From a virus (lineage: Duplodnaviria; Caudoviricetes), in the IMG/VR virus record IMGVR_UViG_3300017720_000059, positions 1-25,903 of that record: DNA of 25,903 nucleotides. One strand, given 5' to 3'. Made by a program: the position numbers and the translations under genes. The notes under the pieces were generated by a model. The model was not told the origin of the DNA. It did not search any database and was given only the letters and a program-made list of their open reading frames with translations. The number at the start of each line of letters is the position of its first letter. The first letter of the stretch is position 1. Shown piece by piece: positions 8,574 through 15,978 of this stretch.

Positions 8574-9280
8574 TATAATAATCCTCCTAATACTCCACCT
8601 AGTCCACCAAGTATTGCACCAGATGTACCGCCTAAACCATAACCGATAGCAGCACCACCTAAACCTGTTGTAAATGGATTGGGTGTGAATTGTTGTTGAG
8701 TTGCTGTTGTTGGAAAACCTGAAGCTATAGGTGAAACAATACCAGCATACTGTTGTAAGTTTTGTAATGGAGCTAATTGAGCTTGTCTTGTTAACTGTTC
8801 AAGTTGTTGTCCTGTTTGAACTAATGATGGTGTTTCTCTAGCAACTTGTAATTGTCTTCCTCTTTCAGCTTCTGCTGCTTGAAAAGCAAAAGGTAAAGCT
8901 TGTTGTGCAACCTGTGTTGCTACTTGTTGTTGAGACATAGGACTTCCAGGTGTTCTTCCAGCTCCTGAAAATTGTTGTGCAACTGATGTATAAACATCAC
9001 CAGCAGCTCTTTGTATTAATGGATTTAAATATGGATTTGCATAAGCACCAGCTAATGTAGAAGCTAACTGTTGTTGTGCAGCAGTTCCTAATGTTTCTTG
9101 TCCAGCAAGACCTGTTAATGTTTGTTGTGTTGGAGCTACATATTCACCAACTCCTGATCCGTAAATTTGACCTGCTTCTGAAATAATTTGATTTAATGCT
9201 GGTTGTGCTGCTGTGTAAGGTTGAACTGTTTGTGTTCCTGTACCTGCTCCTGCTGATGAACCGCCTCCGCCAAAACTCAT
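8573..9280 (-). CDS. DNA-transfer / ejection protein (P22 gp7-like position), 235 aa starting MSFGGGGSS
   Basis: GAGGAG RBS and ATGA overlap place the start at 9280, not 9361; Q/A/G-rich with a C-terminal GxxxG hydrophobic tail. Confidence 0.75.
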   Translation of the reverse strand: MSFGGGGSSAGAGTGTQTVQPYTAAQPALNQIISEAGQIYGSGVGEYVAPTQQTLTGLAGQETLGTAAQQQLASTLAGAYANPYLNPLIQRAAGDVYTSVAQQFSGAGRTPGSPMSQQQVATQVAQQALPFAFQAAEAERGRQLQVARETPSLVQTGQQLEQLTRQAQLAPLQNLQQYAGIVSPIASGFPTTATQQQFTPNPFTTGLGGAAIGYGLGGTSGAILGGLGGVLGGLL

Positions 9281-9720
9281 TTTTTCTCCTCTTGTTTTAT
9301 TTTTTTTTCTAAAACAACATGAGTTCTTTGATACCCATAATTGTTTAAAACTTTTTGCCAACCTGGTCTAGCAATCAACTCCATCATTTGACATTCTTCA
9401 TCTTTTGCAAACTTCTCAATGTCTTTGACTAAGTATTGCCACTTGTGTCTTTGTCTGCCAGTCATAATATAGATATGACAAACTTTACCTAACTTTCTTT
9501 TGATAAGTTCTGTAACTACAACACCAAAATATTTTTCTACTGGTCTTGGTTTAGACTTATCCCACAAAACCCAAATTTGAAATTTACCTTCTTTGGCAGT
9601 CTGTAAAACAAATTCTGAATCAGTGAGTTGACTTGAATAGTGTAAGGCATTTCTAATATCTTTTTCTACTAGACCCCATACTTTATCAAGTTCTTTGATA
9701 GGTATTCTAACTAACTCCAT
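9277..9720 (-). CDS. GNAT-like fold virion assembly protein (position of P22 gp14 / T7 gp13)
   Basis: IEKFAKDEECQMMELIARPGWQKVL-x3-GY resembles a GNAT C-terminal motif; directly precedes the ejection genes. Confidence 0.65.
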   Translation of the reverse strand: MELVRIPIKELDKVWGLVEKDIRNALHYSSQLTDSEFVLQTAKEGKFQIWVLWDKSKPRPVEKYFGVVVTELIKRKLGKVCHIYIMTGRQRHKWQYLVKDIEKFAKDEECQMMELIARPGWQKVLNNYGYQRTHVVLEKKIKQEEKK

Positions 9721-9744
9721 AAATACACTAATATAGTATCTTTG

Positions 9745-10086
9745 TTAAGGACTTTTTTCATCAAAAATCTCTAAATAACTAACAATACCAGCTATGTTAT
9801 TAGCAGACGCAGCTTCTAACTTTAAAGTGTCGCCTGACTCTAAAACCATTGTGCCTTTAACTAAATTTTCTACTGTTTTTGATCCTAATGATATGTGAGC
9901 TACTTCATGTTCTGCACCAGAATCAGATGCGTCTGTTGTAAATGCTTCTACTTCAACAGCGCCTGAGTGTATGTTTGTAATCTGTATAGATTTTATTAAA
10001 GCTGTCCTATTTGTAGGACAAGTGTAAACAGTTGTTTTGTTTGTCGTTGTAAGATCAAACATTGCATTTTTATATATATTAGCCAT
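9745..10086 (-). CDS. 113-aa beta-rich tail adaptor-type protein, likely paralogue of 17489..17815
   Basis: Pattern TTVYTCP...IKSIQITN...MVLESGDTLK parallels TTLLTAN...IVGLRLAN...VVMQNADVLK. Confidence 0.7.
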   Translation of the reverse strand: MANIYKNAMFDLTTTNKTTVYTCPTNRTALIKSIQITNIHSGAVEVEAFTTDASDSGAEHEVAHISLGSKTVENLVKGTMVLESGDTLKLEAASANNIAGIVSYLEIFDEKSP

Positions 10087-10097
10087 AGTAATTAAGA

Positions 10098-10134
10098 GGG
10101 ATAGGCAAGGTGGTTAGGTGGTATTGCCTACCCC
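10098..10134 (-). promoter_or_regulatory. 11-bp GC-rich RNA hairpin with 15-nt loop UACCACCUAACCACC
   Basis: GGGGUAGGCAA pairs with UUGCCUAUCCC (one G-U, valid only on the minus strand); followed by UCUUAAUU, a weak U-tract. Confidence 0.7.
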
Positions 10135-10147
10135 AGTCGGTATTCTA

Positions 10148-10801
10148 TCACTTTTTAAACCAAGCTGGTAGTCCTAAATGCTTTCTTCTATCATAAAGAT
10201 TTTGATTTGCATTTTTAGATTTTTGGTTGTTATAGTGTAGAAAAACTTGACAGCAGTCGTTACCTTGAAATTCCTCTCTCCAATGTTCTAGTTCCATACC
10301 TCTATAGACTAGCATATCACCAGGTTTTAAAACGACTCTAGTTCCTTTGTTATTGCTTGATACTGTAATTTTTTTACCATCAGGAATACCTACATTCTTT
10401 TTAGGTTCTAAATAAATAGCCCAAGGATCACCACCTAAATTTAATGTTGTAGATATTTCACAACTAAATCTATCTTTATGTCTGTGTAGTATATCTCCTG
10501 TTTTATAAATCCTTGCATAAGAATAAGTTGGATTTAATTTTAATCCTGTTTTCTTTTCCATAACAGGTAAAGTTCTCATCAATAAAGTTTCCATAGCTAT
10601 ATCTGAATAATGTGAATATGTATTTGGAACTTGTTGATCAGCCCAAGTACCCCATTCTTCTGTAAAGTTAGAAATGTATCTTTCATCAAACAAAGTTCTT
10701 GCAACTTGTCTTTTAAGTAAAAAATAATTGTAAACAAATGTAGCTATATCTTTTGGTACAGCTTCTTTGATGACACAATATTTATTTTTTTGGAAGCTCA
10801 T
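10148..10801 (-). CDS. 2OG-Fe(II) dioxygenase (217 aa, start MSFQKNK)
   Basis: YARIY...LHRHKDR (HxD)...EISTT...PGDMLVYRG...EHWR (distal His); AAGGAG RBS supports the start at 10801. Confidence 0.85.
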   Translation of the reverse strand: MSFQKNKYCVIKEAVPKDIATFVYNYFLLKRQVARTLFDERYISNFTEEWGTWADQQVPNTYSHYSDIAMETLLMRTLPVMEKKTGLKLNPTYSYARIYKTGDILHRHKDRFSCEISTTLNLGGDPWAIYLEPKKNVGIPDGKKITVSSNNKGTRVVLKPGDMLVYRGMELEHWREEFQGNDCCQVFLHYNNQKSKNANQNLYDRRKHLGLPAWFKK

Positions 10802-11501
10802 TATTGTTACTCCTTTCTTTTGATATTGCTGTTTCAACAACTTTAATATTCCAATGTATAAATCTAAATGGTTCTATTCCTGCATCTACTGCAAACTGAT
10901 GTGGAACATAACCTGGAAATACAATCATTGTTCCTGGCTTTGGTTTGTAATGAACCTGATTTGTTGCCATTGTTATTTTTGATTGATCTTTCATAAATAG
11001 TTTTGTCATCTCTGCACCTGGTCTTGGGTCATGAAATATTGGGTAAGATGTTTTCTCACTACATTTTAAAAAATAAAATCCTGATATATGTTGATTCCAA
11101 TGAACATGAGTATCATGATGACCACCACCTTTTTCACTAAACTCTTGTACCCAAAATTCTGTAAAGTGTAAGCTATGATTTTGTAAATTAAATCCTTGCC
11201 AATCTAAAAACTCATAAGACCTTTGACCTATAAATTCTACTAGGTCTTTTATTTTAGGATCGTTTGAAAAGCTCTCACTATGTTTTGATAAACCAAATGT
11301 ACCTATATCTTTCTTCCATTTAGGTTCATTCTTTAATTTATCTTTTAAAAGTTTTTCTGCTTTCTTAATATATTTATCTGTTACTTTAGTTGCGTTCTTC
11401 AAAAACATGGGTGCTTCTGCAATCCATATTGGTGTTTGAAAATAAAATGCAGACTTAAAATCTACATGACCTTTTGGTTTACTGCTTCCGCCTTGTATCA
11501 T
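10782..11501 (-). CDS. 2OG-Fe(II) oxygenase-like protein, TIGR02466 type (likely start MIQGG)
   Basis: F-x-TPIW N-terminus, WVQ...HDTHVH...ISGFYFL...DPRP...PKPGTMIVFPGYVPH; ATG lies 1 nt after the upstream TAA. Confidence 0.85.
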   Translation of the reverse strand: MIQGGSSKPKGHVDFKSAFYFQTPIWIAEAPMFLKNATKVTDKYIKKAEKLLKDKLKNEPKWKKDIGTFGLSKHSESFSNDPKIKDLVEFIGQRSYEFLDWQGFNLQNHSLHFTEFWVQEFSEKGGGHHDTHVHWNQHISGFYFLKCSEKTSYPIFHDPRPGAEMTKLFMKDQSKITMATNQVHYKPKPGTMIVFPGYVPHQFAVDAGIEPFRFIHWNIKVVETAISKERSNNNELPKK

Positions 11502-11502
11502 A

Positions 11503-12147
11503 TTATCTAAAAGGATAGCCAAGATTCCATATTACTAAGCTATGCCTTACTCCTTTGGTTACTGGTTTAACTCTATGCCATACAAAGCTAGGAAATATTA
11601 CTAAAGAACCTTTAGGTAATATTTCAGTACAAGCTCTGATATTTGGTTTTTTATCAGGGTCTAAGTTTCTGAAATCAAACTCTAGTTCTCCACCTTTGTA
11701 TTCTTTTGGGTCTGTCAAACTAACTGTTACAGATAGTTTCCTTATCTTGCCTTTTGTTGGACCTTCTTCTACATAAGGTTTATCCCAACTATCACAATGC
11801 CAGTCATAGTATTGTCCTTTTTTATATATTGTAAATTGACAAGATTCTGAAAAATCCCAATCAAAGTTCCAACCTGCATTTTTATTTGCTTGATGCACAT
11901 AAGGTTGAATTTCTTTATATATCCATCTATCGTTCATCCAAACAATATTTGAATCTCTTTTCTTTTGTAAATCTTTAATTTCATCTTTGCTAAGAGGTTG
12001 TTTATTTAAATCTCTATCTCTACCATAACCACCTGTAATAGCCATAATCTCTCTATTCTTTTCTGCCTTACCATATTGCACAATCATATCGCAAATTCTT
12101 GGTGGTATTGCAGATTGAAAGTACCAAAAGTAATTAGATATATTCAT
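11503..12147 (-). CDS. 2OG-Fe(II) dioxygenase, prolyl-4-hydroxylase / PKHD-like
   Basis: QFTIY-x4-YYDWHCD (HxD), RKLSVTVSL, YKGGELEF, GSLVIFPSFVWHRVKPVTKGVRHSLVIW (His and RxS). Confidence 0.92.
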   Translation of the reverse strand: MNISNYFWYFQSAIPPRICDMIVQYGKAEKNREIMAITGGYGRDRDLNKQPLSKDEIKDLQKKRDSNIVWMNDRWIYKEIQPYVHQANKNAGWNFDWDFSESCQFTIYKKGQYYDWHCDSWDKPYVEEGPTKGKIRKLSVTVSLTDPKEYKGGELEFDFRNLDPDKKPNIRACTEILPKGSLVIFPSFVWHRVKPVTKGVRHSLVIWNLGYPFR

Positions 12148-12685
12148 AATTTATAGTTAAAAAAATATTTAACTTGTTAGCTTTATTTTCAGTAATAAAA
12201 TATTTTTGTGTAGCAGGAAACATATAGAAATGATTATTTTTTAAAGGTAAATGCCATGTTCTATTTTTTCTTCTATTATCATCATATTCAATAATTAATT
12301 CACAAGAATCTTCTTCACAATCTACAACATACACTAATGTGTAATCAGGTGAGTTTCTTAAATCTACAGGTTCTATTTGATGTCTTAAATATGATTGTTC
12401 TTTAGGATGCAGCACACTTCCATGTAATGATCTTTCAACTAAAGTAAATCCATGTTCTACTCTAATATGATCTCTTAAATAGTCTTTTAACCATTGTATA
12501 GGTTGTGAAAAAGGAACTTCATAATCTTTAAAAGAATATGCTTTTGGATTATTGTTGATTGTAACTTTGTCTATGTAGGAATTTAAAATATCGTTTTTAA
12601 TTTTTTCTCTGTCTATCTCAAAACCTTTCGGCATATCAACAGAACCATGAATTAAACTAATCTCCGACAGTACCACCTTCTGCAT
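12134..12685 (-). CDS. Degenerate 2OG-Fe(II) oxygenase-fold protein
   Basis: Strand pattern like the TIGR02466-type neighbour (YTLVYVV, FYMFPATQKY, IFLTINY) but no HxD/HxH and no distal His at the expected positions. Confidence 0.55.
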   Translation of the reverse strand: MQKVVLSEISLIHGSVDMPKGFEIDREKIKNDILNSYIDKVTINNNPKAYSFKDYEVPFSQPIQWLKDYLRDHIRVEHGFTLVERSLHGSVLHPKEQSYLRHQIEPVDLRNSPDYTLVYVVDCEEDSCELIIEYDDNRRKNRTWHLPLKNNHFYMFPATQKYFITENKANKLNIFLTINYEYI

Positions 12686-12688
12686 AAA

Positions 12689-13132
12689 TTAAGCTAAGCT
12701 ATTTTCTATATCCCAAGATTGACCAGACTCATTCCAGTTGTATGACCATCTGTGAGTTCCAGCTTCGTTTTGTGAAGTTTGTTCTGCTGTTAAAGCAGGA
12801 GCATCACCTGCTGGTGACTGCCATCTTGCTTCTGCAACATTTAAAGTCCAACTAGCATAAGGTTTCTTACCAATGAAAATATCGTTATCTTCATCATAAG
12901 TCATACCTATTCCTGCGTAATTACCTCTTAAAGGTGTTCCGCCATTTTTGTGTTGTCCGCCTTGTGTATTGTAAGATGTTTTTTTCCAAAGAGGCCAGCT
13001 ATGGATTCTTTCCAAAAACTGTCTGCCTACTTCTTCATCTTCAACACCATCAGCATTTTGACAATCTTTATCAGCTACAACATGAACTGCTATAACTTTA
13101 TTGTTTGCTCCTAGTTTTGCGTAATGTGCCAT
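12689..13132 (-). CDS. Fibre-associated protein (MAHYAKL...TSYN...RGNYAGIG.TYD...KPY.SW type)
   Basis: AAGGAG RBS; Trp/Tyr-rich; type recalled as following Gly-rich fibre genes in aquatic phages; function unknown. Confidence 0.7.
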   Translation of the reverse strand: MAHYAKLGANNKVIAVHVVADKDCQNADGVEDEEVGRQFLERIHSWPLWKKTSYNTQGGQHKNGGTPLRGNYAGIGMTYDEDNDIFIGKKPYASWTLNVAEARWQSPAGDAPALTAEQTSQNEAGTHRWSYNWNESGQSWDIENSLA

Positions 13133-13170
13133 AATGTTCTCCTTATATGTTAATTTTTAATTTATTTCAA

Positions 13171-14562
13171 CTATTGAAATTTATATCTTATTACTACTAT
13201 TCCTGAACCTCCATTACCACCTGGATCGTTTGGTCTGCCTGGTCCACCACTACCACCACTTCCACCACCACCTGTGTTTGCAGTTCCTGCACCTCCAGTT
13301 CCTAAAGAAGAAGTTGCTCCACCTCCTCCTGCACCACCATCTCCACTTGCTGGTGCGTTATAACCATTACCTGCTCCACCTCCTGAAAAATATCTTCCGT
13401 TTGGTGCTAAAGGACTTGGTGATTGACCATAACTTGGAGCTGTTGGACCAAAAACAGAATCAGCAATAAAACTACCTACACCTCCGTCACCTCCATTACC
13501 TGCACCACATTGTGGTGTACCTCCTGTTGATCCTACTGCTCCTGCACCACCACCACCTCCTGATGCTTTTTCAGGACCACTTGGATTTGCACCACCATTA
13601 TTACCTTGCGGTGGTGATACTGGAGGAGTATTTCCTGTTCCTCCTGCTAATCCAGCAGTTCCTCTAGAACCTCCTCCTGAACCTCCTGGTTGTCCTTGAT
13701 TAGAAGTACCTGGCAAAGGATTACCTACTCCTCCTGCTCCACCACCTGCACTTGTTATTGTACTAAAAACTGAATCTGCTCCTTTAGTTCCAACTGCACT
13801 AGCTGATCCTGGAGTAGCTTCTCCTGCACCTACTGTTATAGGGTATGTTTGAGCTGATACTGGTAAAGCTGAAGAATTCAAAGGATTTGGACTTCCACAA
13901 ATAAATGATCTAAAACCACCTCCAGCTCCTCCTGCACCTGAACCACCTACACCACCTGATCCACCACTACCACCACCACCTACAACCATATATTCAACTG
14001 TGTCTGATCCTGCTGGATTACCAACAGCAGATACTACAAAATTAGAACTACTTGTAAAAACATGAGTTTTAAAATTACCATTAGTTAAAACTGTACCACC
14101 AGTTGCAGCTATAAATGCAGCACCTACTTGTGCTGTGGCATCATCATTTATAAGTTGCCATCCTTTAGTTCCATCAACGTAAATTAAAGTTGCGGAAAGT
14201 CCTTGTGTGTTAAAAGTTGTATTGGCACATGAACCATCCATTTTTGATCCATTTCTACAAATTATAGCATTATTAGTTTGAAAAGTTCTTGCATAATCTT
14301 TTATTGAAACAATATCTCCAGCACTAGGACTTGCAGGTAAAGTTACAGTAACCGCACCGCTAGTCGTATTAACAAAATAACCTTTACCACTTAAAGAAGT
14401 AAAAGGTGAAGTCTTGGCAGTCGTACACCAGTCAACTGTTCCTGTTCTACCAAATCCTGTTTGTGTAGCACCACAAGCTAAAGTTACTGCTGTTCCTGGT
14501 CCACCTAATTCTAGTGTGCTGCCTGATCTTTTTTCTATTTTATTTACTTTAATTGTACTCAT
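13171..14562 (-). CDS. Gly-rich tail fibre / adhesin-like protein, paralogue 3
   Basis: Shared blocks GRTGTVDWCTTAKTSPFT, LP.SPSAGDIV, SVFSTITSAGGG, GNTPPVSPPQGNNGG, IRYKFQ. Confidence 0.85.
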   Translation of the reverse strand: MSTIKVNKIEKRSGSTLELGGPGTAVTLACGATQTGFGRTGTVDWCTTAKTSPFTSLSGKGYFVNTTSGAVTVTLPASPSAGDIVSIKDYARTFQTNNAIICRNGSKMDGSCANTTFNTQGLSATLIYVDGTKGWQLINDDATAQVGAAFIAATGGTVLTNGNFKTHVFTSSSNFVVSAVGNPAGSDTVEYMVVGGGGSGGSGGVGGSGAGGAGGGFRSFICGSPNPLNSSALPVSAQTYPITVGAGEATPGSASAVGTKGADSVFSTITSAGGGAGGVGNPLPGTSNQGQPGGSGGGSRGTAGLAGGTGNTPPVSPPQGNNGGANPSGPEKASGGGGGAGAVGSTGGTPQCGAGNGGDGGVGSFIADSVFGPTAPSYGQSPSPLAPNGRYFSGGGAGNGYNAPASGDGGAGGGGATSSLGTGGAGTANTGGGGSGGSGGPGRPNDPGGNGGSGIVVIRYKFQ

Positions 14563-15978
14563 AATTTACCTATTGAAATTTATATCTTATTGCTACAAAC
14601 CCTGACCCTCCTGATCCATTTGGTTGTGTCGGTGATGATATACCTCCACCGCCTCCACCGCCTGTATTAGCTGTTCCTGTTGTTGCTGCTGTACTAGGAT
14701 GAATAGCACCATTTCCACCACCACCTGCTCCGCCAGGTTGAGTAGACCCATCACCTGCTGGTGGTTGAGTTCCTCCTCCACCTCCACCTGCAAAATATCT
14801 TCCTGCTGCTGGTCCTGGTGTTCCATAACTTCCTGATGTAGGTCCAAAAAAAGTTGTTGCTATTGGTGAACCATCTCCTCCAGCACCTGGTGCTGATGGT
14901 TTACCTGCTTGACCTACTGCACCTGCTCCACCTCCGCCACCGCCTGAATAATTCGCACCACCATTTCCACCATTATTACCTTGAGGAGGACTAACTGGAG
15001 GAGTATTACCTGTGCCTCCACTTCCTGGTGCAACTTCAGCACCACCTCCTGAACCGCCTGGTTGTCCACTTCTTACATTTGATACACAAGGATTTTCTGA
15101 ACCTCCTCCTCCACCACCTGCAGAAGTAATTGTACTAAAAACTGAATTTGCTCCTGCTGAACCTCTTGCTGTTGGTGAACAAGAAAATGCTCCTCCTGCT
15201 CCAACTGTAATTGCATATGTTTGAGCTGAAACTGATAAACCTCCAGTTGCTGGACTTGGATAAGTAGTTCTAAAACCTCCTGCTCCACCACCACCTGAAC
15301 CTGATCCATCTCCACCACCTGCTCCACCAGCTACTACTAAATATTCTACAGTATTTGATCCAGCAGATGAACCTGCACTTGTTACTACAAAATTTCCATC
15401 TGCTGTAAATATATGTGTTTTAAAATCACCACAAGTAAGTGTAGTGTTTCCGCCTGTAGCTGAAATAAATTGTCCTTGTAAAATATCTTGATCTGCTGTG
15501 TTTACTAATTTCCATCCTTTTGTGCTATCTACATAAACTATAGTTATAGAATCTCCATTAGTTGTTATTACTTTGTTTGCACAACCTCCTTCAAATTTAG
15601 AGCTATTTCTACAAATTGTAATAGCATTACAAGCTGCTGTTTGTGCATAATCTGAAACTGCCACAATATCTCCTGCACTTGGTGATGAAGGAAGGGTTAC
15701 TGTAACACCTCCTGATGTTGTATTAACAAAATAACCTTTACCTGAGACAGATGTAAACGGAGATGTTTTAGCTGTTGTACACCAATCAACTGTACCAGTT
15801 CTTCCCATGCCTGATGTAGTTGCTCCACAAGCAACAGCAACAGTTTGTCCTGAAGAACCAATCGTAATTGTTGATCCACATTTTTTTATAATGTTAGAAC
15901 CATCTGATGTTTTTTGTATGTTATCTACTTTAATTGTACTTGTCATAATTTATTTAATTTTGAAATTTATATCTTATT
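13174..15978. repeat. 19-bp direct repeat ttgaaatttatatcttatt in three copies (13174-13192, 14573-14591, 15960-15978)
   Basis: Identical sequence covering the IRYKFQ codons of each paralogue; a 14-bp repeat actttaattgtact also occurs at 14546-14559 and 15927-15940. Confidence 0.9.
14570..15946 (-). CDS. Gly-rich tail fibre / adhesin-like protein, paralogue 2
   Basis: Same conserved blocks as its two neighbours. Confidence 0.85.
   Translation of the reverse strand: MTSTIKVDNIQKTSDGSNIIKKCGSTITIGSSGQTVAVACGATTSGMGRTGTVDWCTTAKTSPFTSVSGKGYFVNTTSGGVTVTLPSSPSAGDIVAVSDYAQTAACNAITICRNSSKFEGGCANKVITTNGDSITIVYVDSTKGWKLVNTADQDILQGQFISATGGNTTLTCGDFKTHIFTADGNFVVTSAGSSAGSNTVEYLVVAGGAGGGDGSGSGGGGAGGFRTTYPSPATGGLSVSAQTYAITVGAGGAFSCSPTARGSAGANSVFSTITSAGGGGGGSENPCVSNVRSGQPGGSGGGAEVAPGSGGTGNTPPVSPPQGNNGGNGGANYSGGGGGGAGAVGQAGKPSAPGAGGDGSPIATTFFGPTSGSYGTPGPAAGRYFAGGGGGGTQPPAGDGSTQPGGAGGGGNGAIHPSTAATTGTANTGGGGGGGISSPTQPNGSGGSGFVAIRYKFQ

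Noticed and set aside
9281-9361. Track's longer start for the 8573 ORF (likewise 10840, 11522 and 19585 for other genes)
   Set aside because: Downstream ATGs have a better RBS or stop-start coupling; the extensions only overlap upstream genes
9721-9764. Possible sigma70 promoter TTGATG-N18-GATACT before the GNAT-like gene
   Set aside because: Weak match in very AT-rich DNA; cannot be told from chance
13174-15978. CRISPR-like reading of the 19-bp repeat
   Set aside because: Copies are about 1.4 kb apart and encode protein C-termini
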